47,276 bases of DNA from a virus (Duplodnaviria; Caudoviricetes), in IMG/VR virus record IMGVR_UViG_3300038379_000405, positions 1 to 47,276 of that record, one strand, 5' to 3'. Under the pieces are notes generated by a model. That model did no database searches. It worked only from the letters and a program-made list of their open reading frames with translations, and was not told the origin of the DNA. The first letter of the stretch is position 1; each line of letters starts with the position of its first letter. Below are positions 24,536 through 34,300 of this stretch, in pieces. Made by a program: the position numbers and the translations under genes.

Positions 24536-25995
24536 CCCAGGAGGAGCGTGAGGCACGCGTCGCCGAGATCACGGCACGCCTGTCCGAGCTCAACACCATG
24601 TACCTCGACCGCGCCATGCCCGACGCCGAACGCGACGAGTGGCGTGAGTTGCAGGCCGAGAAGAAGGAGCATGAGGAGGTGATCGCCGAGCTCGTCGAGC
24701 GCCGCGCGGTCGTCGAGTCGTTCTCCAACCAGGACGGCGGCCGCGAGGCGGGCGCCACCTTCCAGGCCTCGCGTCCCGGGGTGACCCGCGGCGACGACAT
24801 CTGGGACCTGTCCACCATCCGCACCAGCCTCGACAGCCCCGAGGGGGCCGTCCACGAACTGCGGGACCGGGCGCTCCGCGCCACCGAGAGGTTCAAGTTC
24901 CCCCCGATCTGCGACGCCGACGCGACGCGGGACCGGATCGACCGGCTCGTCGACGACCGTGAGGACGGGTCGATCGCCAAGCACATCCTCGCGACCGGTT
25001 CGCCCCTCTACCACCGGGCGTTCGCGAAGTGGATCACGGAGCGGCACCTCACCCCCGACGAGCAGCGGGCGATGAACATCACCACCGCCACCGACGGCGG
25101 CGCCGCCGTCCCGGTGACGTTGGACCCGACGGTGATCCTCGTGTCCAACTGGTCGGTGAACCCGATGCGGGCGATCAGCCGTGTCGTGACCGTCACCGGC
25201 AACGTGTGGCAGGGGCTCACCTCCACCGGCATGTCCGCCACCTACGCCGCGGAGGCGGCGGAGACGACGGACGGAAGCCCCGTGTTCGTCCAGCCCGAGA
25301 TCAACGTGGAGCGGGCGCAGGCCCTCGCCGTGTTCTCCCGGGAGCTGGAGGACGACTGGTCGATGCTGGGGTCGGAGATCGCGCAGATGCTCGCCGACGC
25401 GAAGGACGACCTGGAGGCCGACAAGTTCATCAACGGCGCCGGCCACGCCAGCCACGAACCGCAGGGACTCGTCATCGGTGCCACCACCCAGGTGATCAGC
25501 ACCAGCCAGGCGAACACGTTCACCCTCGCCGACCTGTACGCCGTGCAGGCGGCGCTGCCGCCCCGGTTCCGGCCGCGGGCGACGTGGGTGGCGAACCAGT
25601 CGATCTACCAGATCATCCGCCGGTTCAGCGAGTCCGCCACCAACAACTCGGTGGTGCTGGTGGACAACCTGCGTGGCGCGACCAGCGCCGACCAGGTCCC
25701 CAGCCCCGGGAACGTCGGCTACACCCTCCTCGGCAAGCCGGCGTACGAGTCGAGTGCGATGGACTCGTTCCCGGCGACGACGATCACCGCCGACATCGAC
25801 ATCATGGTGTACGGCGACTTCCGTCACTACGTGATCGTCGACCGCATCGGCATGAGCGTCGAGCTGGTGCCCCACATGTTGGGGGCGAACCGCCTCCCGA
25901 CGAACCAGCGGGGGCTCGTCGCCTACTGGCGCAACAGCGCCGAGGTGATCGCAGCGAACGCGTTCCGCGTCCTCCACGTCGAGAACACCTCCTAG
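24532..25995 (+). CDS. Major capsid protein (HK97 fold)
   Basis: Coiled-coil delta domain, GGAAVP, SRELEDD, FING.G..EP.G, LLGKP, GDF..Y.I.DR. Confidence 0.95.
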   Translation: MTQEEREARVAEITARLSELNTMYLDRAMPDAERDEWRELQAEKKEHEEVIAELVERRAVVESFSNQDGGREAGATFQASRPGVTRGDDIWDLSTIRTSLDSPEGAVHELRDRALRATERFKFPPICDADATRDRIDRLVDDREDGSIAKHILATGSPLYHRAFAKWITERHLTPDEQRAMNITTATDGGAAVPVTLDPTVILVSNWSVNPMRAISRVVTVTGNVWQGLTSTGMSATYAAEAAETTDGSPVFVQPEINVERAQALAVFSRELEDDWSMLGSEIAQMLADAKDDLEADKFINGAGHASHEPQGLVIGATTQVISTSQANTFTLADLYAVQAALPPRFRPRATWVANQSIYQIIRRFSESATNNSVVLVDNLRGATSADQVPSPGNVGYTLLGKPAYESSAMDSFPATTITADIDIMVYGDFRHYVIVDRIGMSVELVPHMLGANRLPTNQRGLVAYWRNSAEVIAANAFRVLHVENTS

Positions 25996-26015
25996 TCAAC
26001 CCACGAACAGGGGTT

Positions 26016-26041
26016 GGGCGGGGGCCTTCGGGTCCCCGCCC
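26016..26041 (+). terminator. GC-rich hairpin with C(UUCG)G loop after capsid gene
   Basis: GGGCGGGGGCC-TTCG-GGTCCCCGCCC; no U tract, so terminator or mRNA stabiliser. Confidence 0.55.
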
Positions 26042-26073
26042 CGCTCCACCTGGAAGGGAGGGACACCAGCCTG

Positions 26074-26385
26074 ATGGCCCCGCAGATGTACGTCGCGAGG
26101 GAATCGTTCTACGCCGTCGTGAACGGTGAGCGGACCATGATCCACGGTGGCATCGACCTCGTCGCCGCCGGCCACCCCATCCTCAAACGGTACCCCGGCA
26201 TGTTCGTCCCAGCCCCCGTCCGTTTCGACGTGGAGCAGGCGACCGCCGCCCCCGGTGAGAGGCGCGGGGCCCCACAGGCTGACGCCCCCGCCCCGCCGCC
26301 GGTCACCAAGGAACCCGGGTACATGATGGATGAACCGGCGGTGAAGAGGCCGGCGCGTAAGGGCAGGGGTGGCCGGACGCCGTGA
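26074..26385 (+). CDS. Small capsid-adjacent protein
   Basis: GHPILK..P..F and VEQATAAPGERR motif seen after capsid genes in actinophages. Confidence 0.7.
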   Translation: MAPQMYVARESFYAVVNGERTMIHGGIDLVAAGHPILKRYPGMFVPAPVRFDVEQATAAPGERRGAPQADAPAPPPVTKEPGYMMDEPAVKRPARKGRGGRTP

Positions 26386-27080
26386 ACGCCGCCGTCTTCA
26401 TCATGAACGCTCGGGCGATCCCCGAAGCCCTCGACTCCTACCGGGCGTTGGAGGTCGACCTGATTTGGGCGACCGGGTACACCGTCGCCCAACTCGCCGA
26501 CGGGGTGCATCGGGACGCCGTCGAGCACACCGACTACGACGTCATCCTCAATCTCAGCGACGATTGTGTCGTCACCCAAGCCGCCCTCGACGCCGTCCTC
26601 GCCCTGCTCGATGATGGGCATCCCGCCGCGACCGGCTGGTGTCGGATGGCGGTCGGCATGGAATCCGTGAACCTGTGCGACCGCCCGTTGTCGGCGGATG
26701 TGCCGTGGGCGAAGCCGTTCCCGTATTCGCTGATGAACCGCACCGACGTCGTCCGCTACCCGGATGAGGTGGTCCCCACCCACTTCATGGGGATGAGCCT
26801 CACCGGCATGACCCGGGACCTGTGGCAACGGTACCCGTACGGGTGTTACACGGAGCGCCGGCCCCGCGGCCAGTCCAGTGACTTCCACCTGTCCGCCCGC
26901 CTCCGCGACGCGGGGGTGCCGATGGTCGCCGCCCGCAGCGGTGAAGTCCAGCATTTGAAGGAGATGGCGTTCCAGGGCGCCAGCTACGGCCCCGTCCACC
27001 ACCCGTGGCTCGTCGGCAACGTCGAGCCGTCCCTGACGATCGACCCCGCCGGCGCCCGCCTGGCGACCACCACCACGTGA
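26382..27080 (+). CDS. Putative GT-A fold glycosyltransferase
   Basis: YDVILNLSDD (DxD-like), SDFHLS.RL..AG, V.HL. Confidence 0.6.
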   Translation: MNAAVFIMNARAIPEALDSYRALEVDLIWATGYTVAQLADGVHRDAVEHTDYDVILNLSDDCVVTQAALDAVLALLDDGHPAATGWCRMAVGMESVNLCDRPLSADVPWAKPFPYSLMNRTDVVRYPDEVVPTHFMGMSLTGMTRDLWQRYPYGCYTERRPRGQSSDFHLSARLRDAGVPMVAARSGEVQHLKEMAFQGASYGPVHHPWLVGNVEPSLTIDPAGARLATTTT

Positions 27081-27093
27081 AGGAGAAGGACTG

Positions 27094-27486
27094 ATGGCCG
27101 TTGGTATCGCAGCCGGCGTGGCGAACGGGTGGCTCGACGCCCTCGGCAACGCCTCCAACTACACCGCCCCCACCGCCTTCTGGGTGAAGCTCCACCTCGG
27201 CGACCCCGGCTCCGCCGGCACGTCGAACCCGGCGGCTGAGACCGACCGCCAGCAGGCGTCGTTCGGCGCCGCCTCCGGTGGGGTCATCACCTCGGATGCG
27301 GACCTCACCTGGACGAACGTGTCGAACACCGAGACGTACAGCCACATCTCGTTCTGGACGGCGAGCTCGGCCGGGACGTTCCTCGGCTCCGATGACCTCG
27401 CCGCATCGAAGGCGGTCACGGCTGGTGACACGTTCACCATCCCCAGCGGCAGCCTGACGGTGACGATCACGATCCTGGCGGCGTAG
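27094..27486 (+). CDS. Small virion/fibre-associated protein
   Basis: VKLHLGDPG..GT.N, SHISFWTA...GTFL; paralog of 49..450. Confidence 0.7.
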   Translation: MAVGIAAGVANGWLDALGNASNYTAPTAFWVKLHLGDPGSAGTSNPAAETDRQQASFGAASGGVITSDADLTWTNVSNTETYSHISFWTASSAGTFLGSDDLAASKAVTAGDTFTIPSGSLTVTITILAA

Positions 27487-29441
27487 TGGCAACGTGGGCT
27501 GACGGCACCACCGAGGCGCGGACGGCGGCGTCGATCGAGGCTGCCCGCACCCCCGCGACCATCAGCGTCAAAGACCAGGAGTACGGGGCGGTCGGCGACG
27601 GCACCACCAACGACACCGCCGCGGTCCAGGAGGCGGTCGCCGCCCTCACCACCGGCGACAGCCTCTACTTCCCGCCGGGGTCCTACCGGATCGCCACCGC
27701 CGGCGACGCCATCACCCTCGACGGAATCAGCGACGTGTCCATCGTGTTCGCCGTCGGCGCCGAGCTGCTGATGGACAACCTCGACGGGTCGGATGAGGGC
27801 ACCGGACATGGGGTCAAGGTCGTCGGCGCCTGCTCGAACGTCCGCCTCGACCGGGTCCGGGTGAGGTGGGCGTCCACACCCGCCGCGCGGTCCCTCGGCA
27901 GCGGCTTCCACATCCTCGGCTACCCCCGCGACAGCGGCGTGCAGGCGGGGTGGACCGGTTCGACGGGGACCTGCGCCGACGTCCATCTGATCGACTGCAC
28001 CACGATCAACGCCCCCCAATGCGGAGCGATCTTCATGGGGTGCCTGCGCCCCCGGGTGGAGAACTTCACCCCGGTGGACACATTGGCGGACGGCCTCCAC
28101 TTCAACGCCTGCAAGGACCCGCGCGTCAACGGCGAGACCGCCGACAACACCGGCGACGACTCCCTCGCATTCGTCACCTACTACCAGGCGAACGGCAACA
28201 ACCCCACCACCGACATGGACGCCGGCCAGGTGGGGCCGTTCGGGTTGCAGACCGTCGCCGACAACCCGTGGGCGAACGGCGGGGCGCAGGCGTCGAACAT
28301 CGCCGTCCGCGACGGCGGCGCGAATGGGGTGCGGATCGCCGGGCTCTACAACGCCTCCATCACGGGCGTCACCGTCGCCGAGAAGTCGGTGGGGGTGATC
28401 CTCGACTCGGGTGAGGCGGGCGGCGGGTTCGACTGGACGTATCTCGCCAGCCACGGCGTCGTCGTGTCCGGGGTGGCGGTGAGCGACTGCGACACCGGGG
28501 TCCACGCCCGCGTCTACAACAGCGACAGCAGTGACTCCGCGACCTACTGGCGCCACGACGTCCTGTTCTCCGACCTCGTCCTCCGGGACTGCGACAACCG
28601 CTGTCTACGGACCGAAGGTTCAGGCGGCCAAAACTCAGTCATCGCCGGCGTGTCGTTCCGTGGGGTACGCGCCTACGGGTCCGACGTCAGTTTCTCCAGC
28701 TACCGTGAGGGTCACGTCACCGATGTCCGCGTCGTCGGTGGTGGCCTCCAGTTCTACGGCAAGGACGTCGACCACACTGGGGCGATGTCGGGGCTCGCCC
28801 GCCACAACGTCACCGTCGATGACGTCACCTGCGACGGTGAACCCGTCCTGTTCCAGGACTGCCGCGGCTACAGCATCGGGAACGTCCGCTCCGACAACAG
28901 CGCCACCGACGGGGTGATCTTCAACCGGGTGTTGGAGGCGACCGTCGAGTCGCTGCGGGTGGTCCTCGCGAACCGCGGCAACACCGGCACCGTCAGGGCG
29001 ATCCTCATCACCAAAGGCCAGCACCTCCACATCGCCCGGGCGGAGGTCGACCATGACGCGAACACCACCACCACCTGGCAGTCACTCGAGCTCGGTGGGG
29101 GGGACGGCACCGACCGCAGCCACGACGTCGACGTCACCCTCCTGTACCGCAACACCATCAACGGCAGTGGGTCGGGGATCACCGTCCAAGGCGGCGGCGA
29201 CGCCCCGTACGAATGGATCTACCGGGCCCGCTGGTACAACGCCGGTGAGGTGTCCCCCGTGTGGCGACAGGAGCATTACGGCAACGTCACCCGGGTGGAG
29301 CATTTCGTCCTCGACGCGTCCCCGGAGAACGACATCACCGCCCCCGTCGGCTCAACCTGCGCGAACTACAACGGTGGGGCGGGAACCAGCCTCTACATCA
29401 AGGAATCCGGGACGGGCAACACCGGGTGGGCGGGGGTCTAG
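27486..29441 (+). CDS. Pectate-lyase-like beta-helix spike/depolymerase
   Basis: SVKD..YGAVGDGTTNDTAA, LYFPPGSY, ADG.H, TGDD; C-terminal APVGS...LYIKESGTGNTGW. Confidence 0.85.
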   Translation: MATWADGTTEARTAASIEAARTPATISVKDQEYGAVGDGTTNDTAAVQEAVAALTTGDSLYFPPGSYRIATAGDAITLDGISDVSIVFAVGAELLMDNLDGSDEGTGHGVKVVGACSNVRLDRVRVRWASTPAARSLGSGFHILGYPRDSGVQAGWTGSTGTCADVHLIDCTTINAPQCGAIFMGCLRPRVENFTPVDTLADGLHFNACKDPRVNGETADNTGDDSLAFVTYYQANGNNPTTDMDAGQVGPFGLQTVADNPWANGGAQASNIAVRDGGANGVRIAGLYNASITGVTVAEKSVGVILDSGEAGGGFDWTYLASHGVVVSGVAVSDCDTGVHARVYNSDSSDSATYWRHDVLFSDLVLRDCDNRCLRTEGSGGQNSVIAGVSFRGVRAYGSDVSFSSYREGHVTDVRVVGGGLQFYGKDVDHTGAMSGLARHNVTVDDVTCDGEPVLFQDCRGYSIGNVRSDNSATDGVIFNRVLEATVESLRVVLANRGNTGTVRAILITKGQHLHIARAEVDHDANTTTTWQSLELGGGDGTDRSHDVDVTLLYRNTINGSGSGITVQGGGDAPYEWIYRARWYNAGEVSPVWRQEHYGNVTRVEHFVLDASPENDITAPVGSTCANYNGGAGTSLYIKESGTGNTGWAGV

Positions 29442-30749
29442 GTGGCGGTCGCCCACGACACCGAAACTCGGTTCCCCGCCACCGACGGCCCGAGCGGGGT
29501 CAACTCGGTGGACACCACCACCGGTGACCGCACGTTCACCCACTCGGGGGCCGCCGGCGCGAAAGGCGCCTGCGTCATGCTGTTCTGCACCGGCACCACC
29601 ACCACCGTCACGGGGGTGTTGTACGGCGGGGTTGCGATGACGTTGGCGACCGCGAAGGTGGACACCACCGAAGCCGGCCGCGTCGAGGCGTGGACGTTGA
29701 CGGGGGCGTCGTTCCCATCCGGTTCCCAGACCGTCACCCTCCAAGGCTGCACCGCAACCGCCAAATGGGTGTGCTGCTCGAGCGTCACCGCCGACGTCGG
29801 GGTGATCGTCGAGGACCAGCAGGGGAAGGACACCACCACCAGCGCGAACCCGCAGGTGACGATGGCGACCACCCGCCTGACGATGGCGTACGCCGGGATC
29901 CACTCGGGGACCGCCGCCCCCGCAACCTCGGCGTTCACCGGGGTCACCTACCAGAAACGCAACGACTACGGGGCGTTGTCGGCGAACGCGGTGCGGCGGA
30001 CGAGCCCGACCGCCGCCGGCAGCTACACCATCGGCTGCACCCTCGGCTCGGACGACCACTGTGTCTGTGCCGTCGCGTTCGCCGAGTCGGAGTTCGCGGC
30101 GTTCCCGTCAACCCCCATCCTCGACCCGTTCAGCTACAGCGACGGTGACCTGGAGACGGTGTCGTCGGGGACGTGGCTGCACGACCCGGCCAACATCGAC
30201 TTCGACAACTCGGCTGTCGCATCCGGCCAGGTGACCGTCACCTCCGGGGTCGGGGCGGCGTGGTTCAACACCACCTTCCGCCCCAGCCAGGAAGCCTACT
30301 TCGACATCCCCCAGGCGAGCGCCTACATGGGGGTGTACCTCCGGGTCGAGCAGCCCAGCACCTCCAGCTCGACGATGGACGGATACCAGGTCGAGGTCGA
30401 AGACACCACACTGGCGATCTACAAGTTCTCCGACACATCGGGGGCCCTCATCGGTGCGACCCAGACGGTGACGGCACTCGCCGACGGAGACGCCCTCGGG
30501 GGCCGTGTCGTCGGGCAGACGATCCAGGCGTACCGCCGCAGCGGTGGTGTGTGGGCGCCGTACGGGTTGCCGCGCGTCGGATGGGGGACCCCCGCCGCGG
30601 CGAGCTACCTGGGGTTCATCATGGAGGACACCGGCGTCGAACCGATCATCGACAACTATGGGGGTGGCAACGCCGCCTTCCACGCCAACCGTTCAAGGCT
30701 CGCCGTCCAGCGGGCGCAACCGCCGCCACGCGCCGGCGCATTCGTCTAG
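29442..30749 (+). CDS. Beta-rich virion protein (possible lectin-like domain)
   Basis: 435 aa Thr/Ala/Gly-rich, in structural operon. Confidence 0.55.
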   Translation: MAVAHDTETRFPATDGPSGVNSVDTTTGDRTFTHSGAAGAKGACVMLFCTGTTTTVTGVLYGGVAMTLATAKVDTTEAGRVEAWTLTGASFPSGSQTVTLQGCTATAKWVCCSSVTADVGVIVEDQQGKDTTTSANPQVTMATTRLTMAYAGIHSGTAAPATSAFTGVTYQKRNDYGALSANAVRRTSPTAAGSYTIGCTLGSDDHCVCAVAFAESEFAAFPSTPILDPFSYSDGDLETVSSGTWLHDPANIDFDNSAVASGQVTVTSGVGAAWFNTTFRPSQEAYFDIPQASAYMGVYLRVEQPSTSSSTMDGYQVEVEDTTLAIYKFSDTSGALIGATQTVTALADGDALGGRVVGQTIQAYRRSGGVWAPYGLPRVGWGTPAAASYLGFIMEDTGVEPIIDNYGGGNAAFHANRSRLAVQRAQPPPRAGAFV

Positions 30750-30760
30750 GGAGACGCAAG

Positions 30761-31258
30761 ATGGCGAACACCTACATCGCGGGGGCATCCCACACCGCCG
30801 CCGGCGTCGTCACCGAGATCTCCACCCTCACCGGGTTGGCGACGATGCTGCAGGTCGCAACCCCCGCCACCACCCAAATCGAGGTGGTCGCCTGGGGCAT
30901 CAGCTTCAAAGGGGTCACCGCCTCCGACGCCCCCGGGATGTGTTACCTCCTCGACGGTGACGTCGGCATGTCGGGGGCGACGAGCCTCACCCCCGACCTG
31001 TGGGGCAACCCCGGCGCCCCCGCATCGTTGTGTGTCGGTGGCACCGGCGCCACCAGCGTGTCCGACGGGGCCGTCACCGAGGGGACGATCACCGCGTCCC
31101 GCCTCCTCGACGCCCAGGAAGTCCACCCCCAAACCGGGTATGCGGTGTGGTACCCGCCGACCGACCGGCCGCGGGTGGCGGTGTCACGGTTCCTGCGGGT
31201 CAGGGTGAACTTCACGGTCGCGGTTTCCTGTCTGCCGTGGGTGATCTGGAGCGAGTGA
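30761..31258 (+). CDS. Putative virion protein
   Basis: 165 aa from ATG 30761, GGGAG RBS. Confidence 0.6.
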   Translation: MANTYIAGASHTAAGVVTEISTLTGLATMLQVATPATTQIEVVAWGISFKGVTASDAPGMCYLLDGDVGMSGATSLTPDLWGNPGAPASLCVGGTGATSVSDGAVTEGTITASRLLDAQEVHPQTGYAVWYPPTDRPRVAVSRFLRVRVNFTVAVSCLPWVIWSE

Positions 31259-31268
31259 GTAGCCGCTG

Positions 31269-32789
31269 ATGGCCCGCACCTCGGCGAACACCCTCCGCCG
31301 GTTCCGTCCCTCCGCCGCCTCCGCCGTCCACACCGGCGTGTCGGCGGTGGCGGTCGTCGTCACCCCCGCCTCGACGGGTGTCAGCACCCGCCTCGCCGCA
31401 TCCGCCGCCGCGGTCATCGTCACCCCCGCCTCGGCGGGGACGAGGACGACGTTCGGGGCGTCCGCCACCCCCATCCTGGTCACCCCCGCGTCGGCTGGTG
31501 TCCGCATCCGCCTCGCCGCGAGCGCCACCGCGATCATCGTGACCCCCGCGTCCGCCGGCTCGAGGGCGACGTTCGGCACGTCCGCGACCAGCGTCGTCGT
31601 CACCCCTGCGAGTTCGGGGACCGCCACCAGGTTCGCCGCCTCCGCCGCCGGCATCGTCGTGACACCCGCGTCGACTGGGACCCGTTCGACGTTCGCGGTG
31701 TCCGCCACCAGCGTCGTCGTCACCCCGGCGTCCGCCGGGTCGCGCCTGATCATCGCCGCATCCGCCGCGTCGATCGTGGTGACCCCCGCCTCCACCGGCA
31801 ACCACACCGGGGTTGGGGCAGCCGCCACCCCCATCGTCGTCACCCCCGCAGCCGCCGGCACCCGCAGGACGTTCGCGGCGTCCGCCACCCCCATCGTCGT
31901 CACCCCCGCATCCTCTGGGGTCCGCACCCGGTTCGGTGCGAGTGCGGTACCCCTGTCGGTCCTCCCCGCCTCCACCGGGTTCAAAACGACGTTCGGGACG
32001 TCCGCAACCCCCATCCTCGTCACGATCACCACCGAGGTGGGGGCGACCCTCGGCGCCAGCCACACCAGCATCACCGTCACCCCCGCCTCCGCCGCGACCC
32101 GTGAGACGTTCGCCGTCTCGGCGGTGGCGGTCGTCGTCACCCCCGCCTCCGCCGGCCACCGCCACCACACCGGCGCCTCCGCCACCAGCATCCTGGTCAC
32201 CCCCGCATCGAGCGGGTTCAGGACCCGCCTCGGCGTCGCCGCCGCCAGCATCGTCGTCACCCCCGCATCGGCGGGGACGCGCCTCCACATCGCGGCGGCC
32301 GCCACCCCCGTCGTCGTCACCCCAGCGTCCGCGGGAACCAGGACCGCCCACGGCGCCGCCGCCGCCCCGGTCATCGTCACCCCCGCCTCCGCCGGCAGCC
32401 ACATCGGTGTCGGCGCCGCCGCATTCCCGGTTGTCGTCACCCCAACCACATCCGGGTTCGCCCTCCGTGTCGGGGCGTCCGCGACACCGGTCGTCGTCAC
32501 CCCCACCTCCAGCGGCTACCGGCTCCACACCGCCGCGGCGGCCGTCCCGATCGTCGTCACGGTCACGTCGGAGGGGGACGCGTTCACCCCACCGCCCAAC
32601 ATCCCTGCGACCGCCACCTCCCTGGTGTACCCCGTCGGGGATGCCGACGCCGCCGTCATCGCCGCCGTCGTCGCCACCGCCACCGCCCAGGCGGAGGCGG
32701 ACGCCGCCACAACCACCGGCCGGCCGGTCGATGCGGAATCCACCGCCACCCCCCGCGGTGGCGCCACCTCGCAGATCGGGGTTCCATGA
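31269..32789 (+). CDS. Fibre-like protein with 20-aa repeats
   Basis: About 21 repeats of (I/V)VVTPASxG... Confidence 0.75.
   Translation: MARTSANTLRRFRPSAASAVHTGVSAVAVVVTPASTGVSTRLAASAAAVIVTPASAGTRTTFGASATPILVTPASAGVRIRLAASATAIIVTPASAGSRATFGTSATSVVVTPASSGTATRFAASAAGIVVTPASTGTRSTFAVSATSVVVTPASAGSRLIIAASAASIVVTPASTGNHTGVGAAATPIVVTPAAAGTRRTFAASATPIVVTPASSGVRTRFGASAVPLSVLPASTGFKTTFGTSATPILVTITTEVGATLGASHTSITVTPASAATRETFAVSAVAVVVTPASAGHRHHTGASATSILVTPASSGFRTRLGVAAASIVVTPASAGTRLHIAAAATPVVVTPASAGTRTAHGAAAAPVIVTPASAGSHIGVGAAAFPVVVTPTTSGFALRVGASATPVVVTPTSSGYRLHTAAAAVPIVVTVTSEGDAFTPPPNIPATATSLVYPVGDADAAVIAAVVATATAQAEADAATTTGRPVDAESTATPRGGATSQIGVP
31350..32580 (+). repeat. 60-bp coding tandem repeat
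   Basis: GTCGTCACCCCCGC core recurs every 60 nt (one 57-nt unit). Confidence 0.9.
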
Positions 32790-33637
32790 CCACCACCATC
32801 TACCCCGGCCAAGCCGTCCGTTTCAGCAACACCTTCACCGTCGGCGGCACCCCCACCGACCCGGACACCGTGACCCTCACCGTCACCGGCCCCGGGGAAG
32901 CCACCGACTACGTCTACCTCACCGACCCGGAGGTGATCCGCACCGGAGACGGCGCCTTCTACGCCGACATCGTGTTGACGGCGGGAACATGGTCCGGGCT
33001 GTGGGTTGGGACGGGTGCCGCCAGCGGCACCGATCTGAAGGTCGTCACCGTCGAGTCGGTCAGCCGCCTCCCCTACTGCAGCCTCGACGACGTGAAACTC
33101 GCCCGCCGCGGGATGCCCGACGCCCTCGACGAACTGGTGGAGGCCCTGATCCCCAGGGCGTCAGCCGCGATCGACGCCCACGTCGGCCGCCGGTTCAACC
33201 TGGACGCCACCGCCAGCGACCGGTGGTTCCCGATCGTCAGCCACCCCGAGGTGCTGATCGACGACCTGGCCGCGGCACCCGTCCAGGCCGCCCTCGTCGA
33301 CCAGGACGGCGCCGACTCCACCACCCTCACCCCCCTCACCGACCTGATCCTCATGCCCCGCAACCGCCAGGCGGATGAACCGATCACCAGCATCCGGTTC
33401 GTCTCCACCGTCGGGTGGGACTGTGAGCTGCGCCTCCGCGGCCTGTGGGGGTGGCCGGCGGTCCCCGCCCCCGTCCGGGAGGCGACGATCGTCACCGTCG
33501 TCGACTGGTTGAAAGACGGCCAGGGGCTCACCCCCCAAACCGCGAACCTGTTGGAGCCGGGGGCGCCGCCGTTCCGGGGGTTGCCGCAGAAGGCCAGGGA
33601 CCTGCTGCGCCCATACCGCCGCTACCTGGTCGCCTGA
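32786..33637 (+). CDS. Head-tail connector (gp6/gp15-like) with extra N-terminal domain
   Basis: YCSLDDVK..I..AS.AID...GRRF...WGWPAVP..VREA...LL.PYR; N-terminal DP..VTLTV..P domain. Confidence 0.8.
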   Translation: MTTTIYPGQAVRFSNTFTVGGTPTDPDTVTLTVTGPGEATDYVYLTDPEVIRTGDGAFYADIVLTAGTWSGLWVGTGAASGTDLKVVTVESVSRLPYCSLDDVKLARRGMPDALDELVEALIPRASAAIDAHVGRRFNLDATASDRWFPIVSHPEVLIDDLAAAPVQAALVDQDGADSTTLTPLTDLILMPRNRQADEPITSIRFVSTVGWDCELRLRGLWGWPAVPAPVREATIVTVVDWLKDGQGLTPQTANLLEPGAPPFRGLPQKARDLLRPYRRYLVA

Positions 33638-33640
33638 GCC

Positions 33641-34102
33641 GTGACGTTCACCACCGACCCCGACGCGAAGATCGGGGCGATCGCCGCCGCCCTCGCCGTC
33701 GCCCTCGGCGGCGTCGACGCGACGGTACTCACCTACGACCCCGGCGTCGAAGGCGTCCAACAGTTCCCCGTCGTCGGCGTCGGCGACGTCGCCGTCGAAC
33801 AGACAGGACTCGATGAATCCGGCCACCAGCTGGGCCGGCGGGACTGGTTGATGCGGTGGACGGTCCGCGTCTACGTCGCATTGGACGACCCCGCCGCCGC
33901 CTGGGCGTCCGCCCGCAGCCTCCTCGGCCAAGCCCTCTACAGCATCGACAATGACCACACATTGGGTGGTGAGGCCCGGGAGGTCACCACCGGCAGCTTC
34001 ACCCTCGAACCGTCCCAACCGGAGGAGACGAGCCGCCGGATGCTCGTCGGTGAACTCGAGGTGTTCGCCCTCACCCTCATGCCTGACCCCCACTTCGACT
34101 AG
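33641..34102 (+). CDS. Putative tail terminator/completion protein
   Basis: 153 aa, D.TLGG motif, position before tail tube. Confidence 0.6.
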   Translation: MTFTTDPDAKIGAIAAALAVALGGVDATVLTYDPGVEGVQQFPVVGVGDVAVEQTGLDESGHQLGRRDWLMRWTVRVYVALDDPAAAWASARSLLGQALYSIDNDHTLGGEAREVTTGSFTLEPSQPEETSRRMLVGELEVFALTLMPDPHFD

Positions 34103-34114
34103 GGAGACGCACCC

Positions 34115-34300
34115 GTGAACCCGCCGCACACGTCGGAGACGCAGGTGATCTCCGAGACCGCCCGCCGTGAACTCGCCGCAGCCGAAGCCGAGGCGAAGGC
34201 GGCGGAGCCGAAGCCGACGCGGCGCACAAGCCGCAAGAAGGAGGCCGACCACCAGGCGCCGGCCGACAACCCGACCCCGCCTGAGAAGGAGGCCGACTGA
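34115..34300 (+). CDS. Small hypothetical protein
   Basis: 61 aa, TGATG coupling to tail tube gene. Confidence 0.5.
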   Translation: MNPPHTSETQVISETARRELAAAEAEAKAAEPKPTRRTSRKKEADHQAPADNPTPPEKEAD

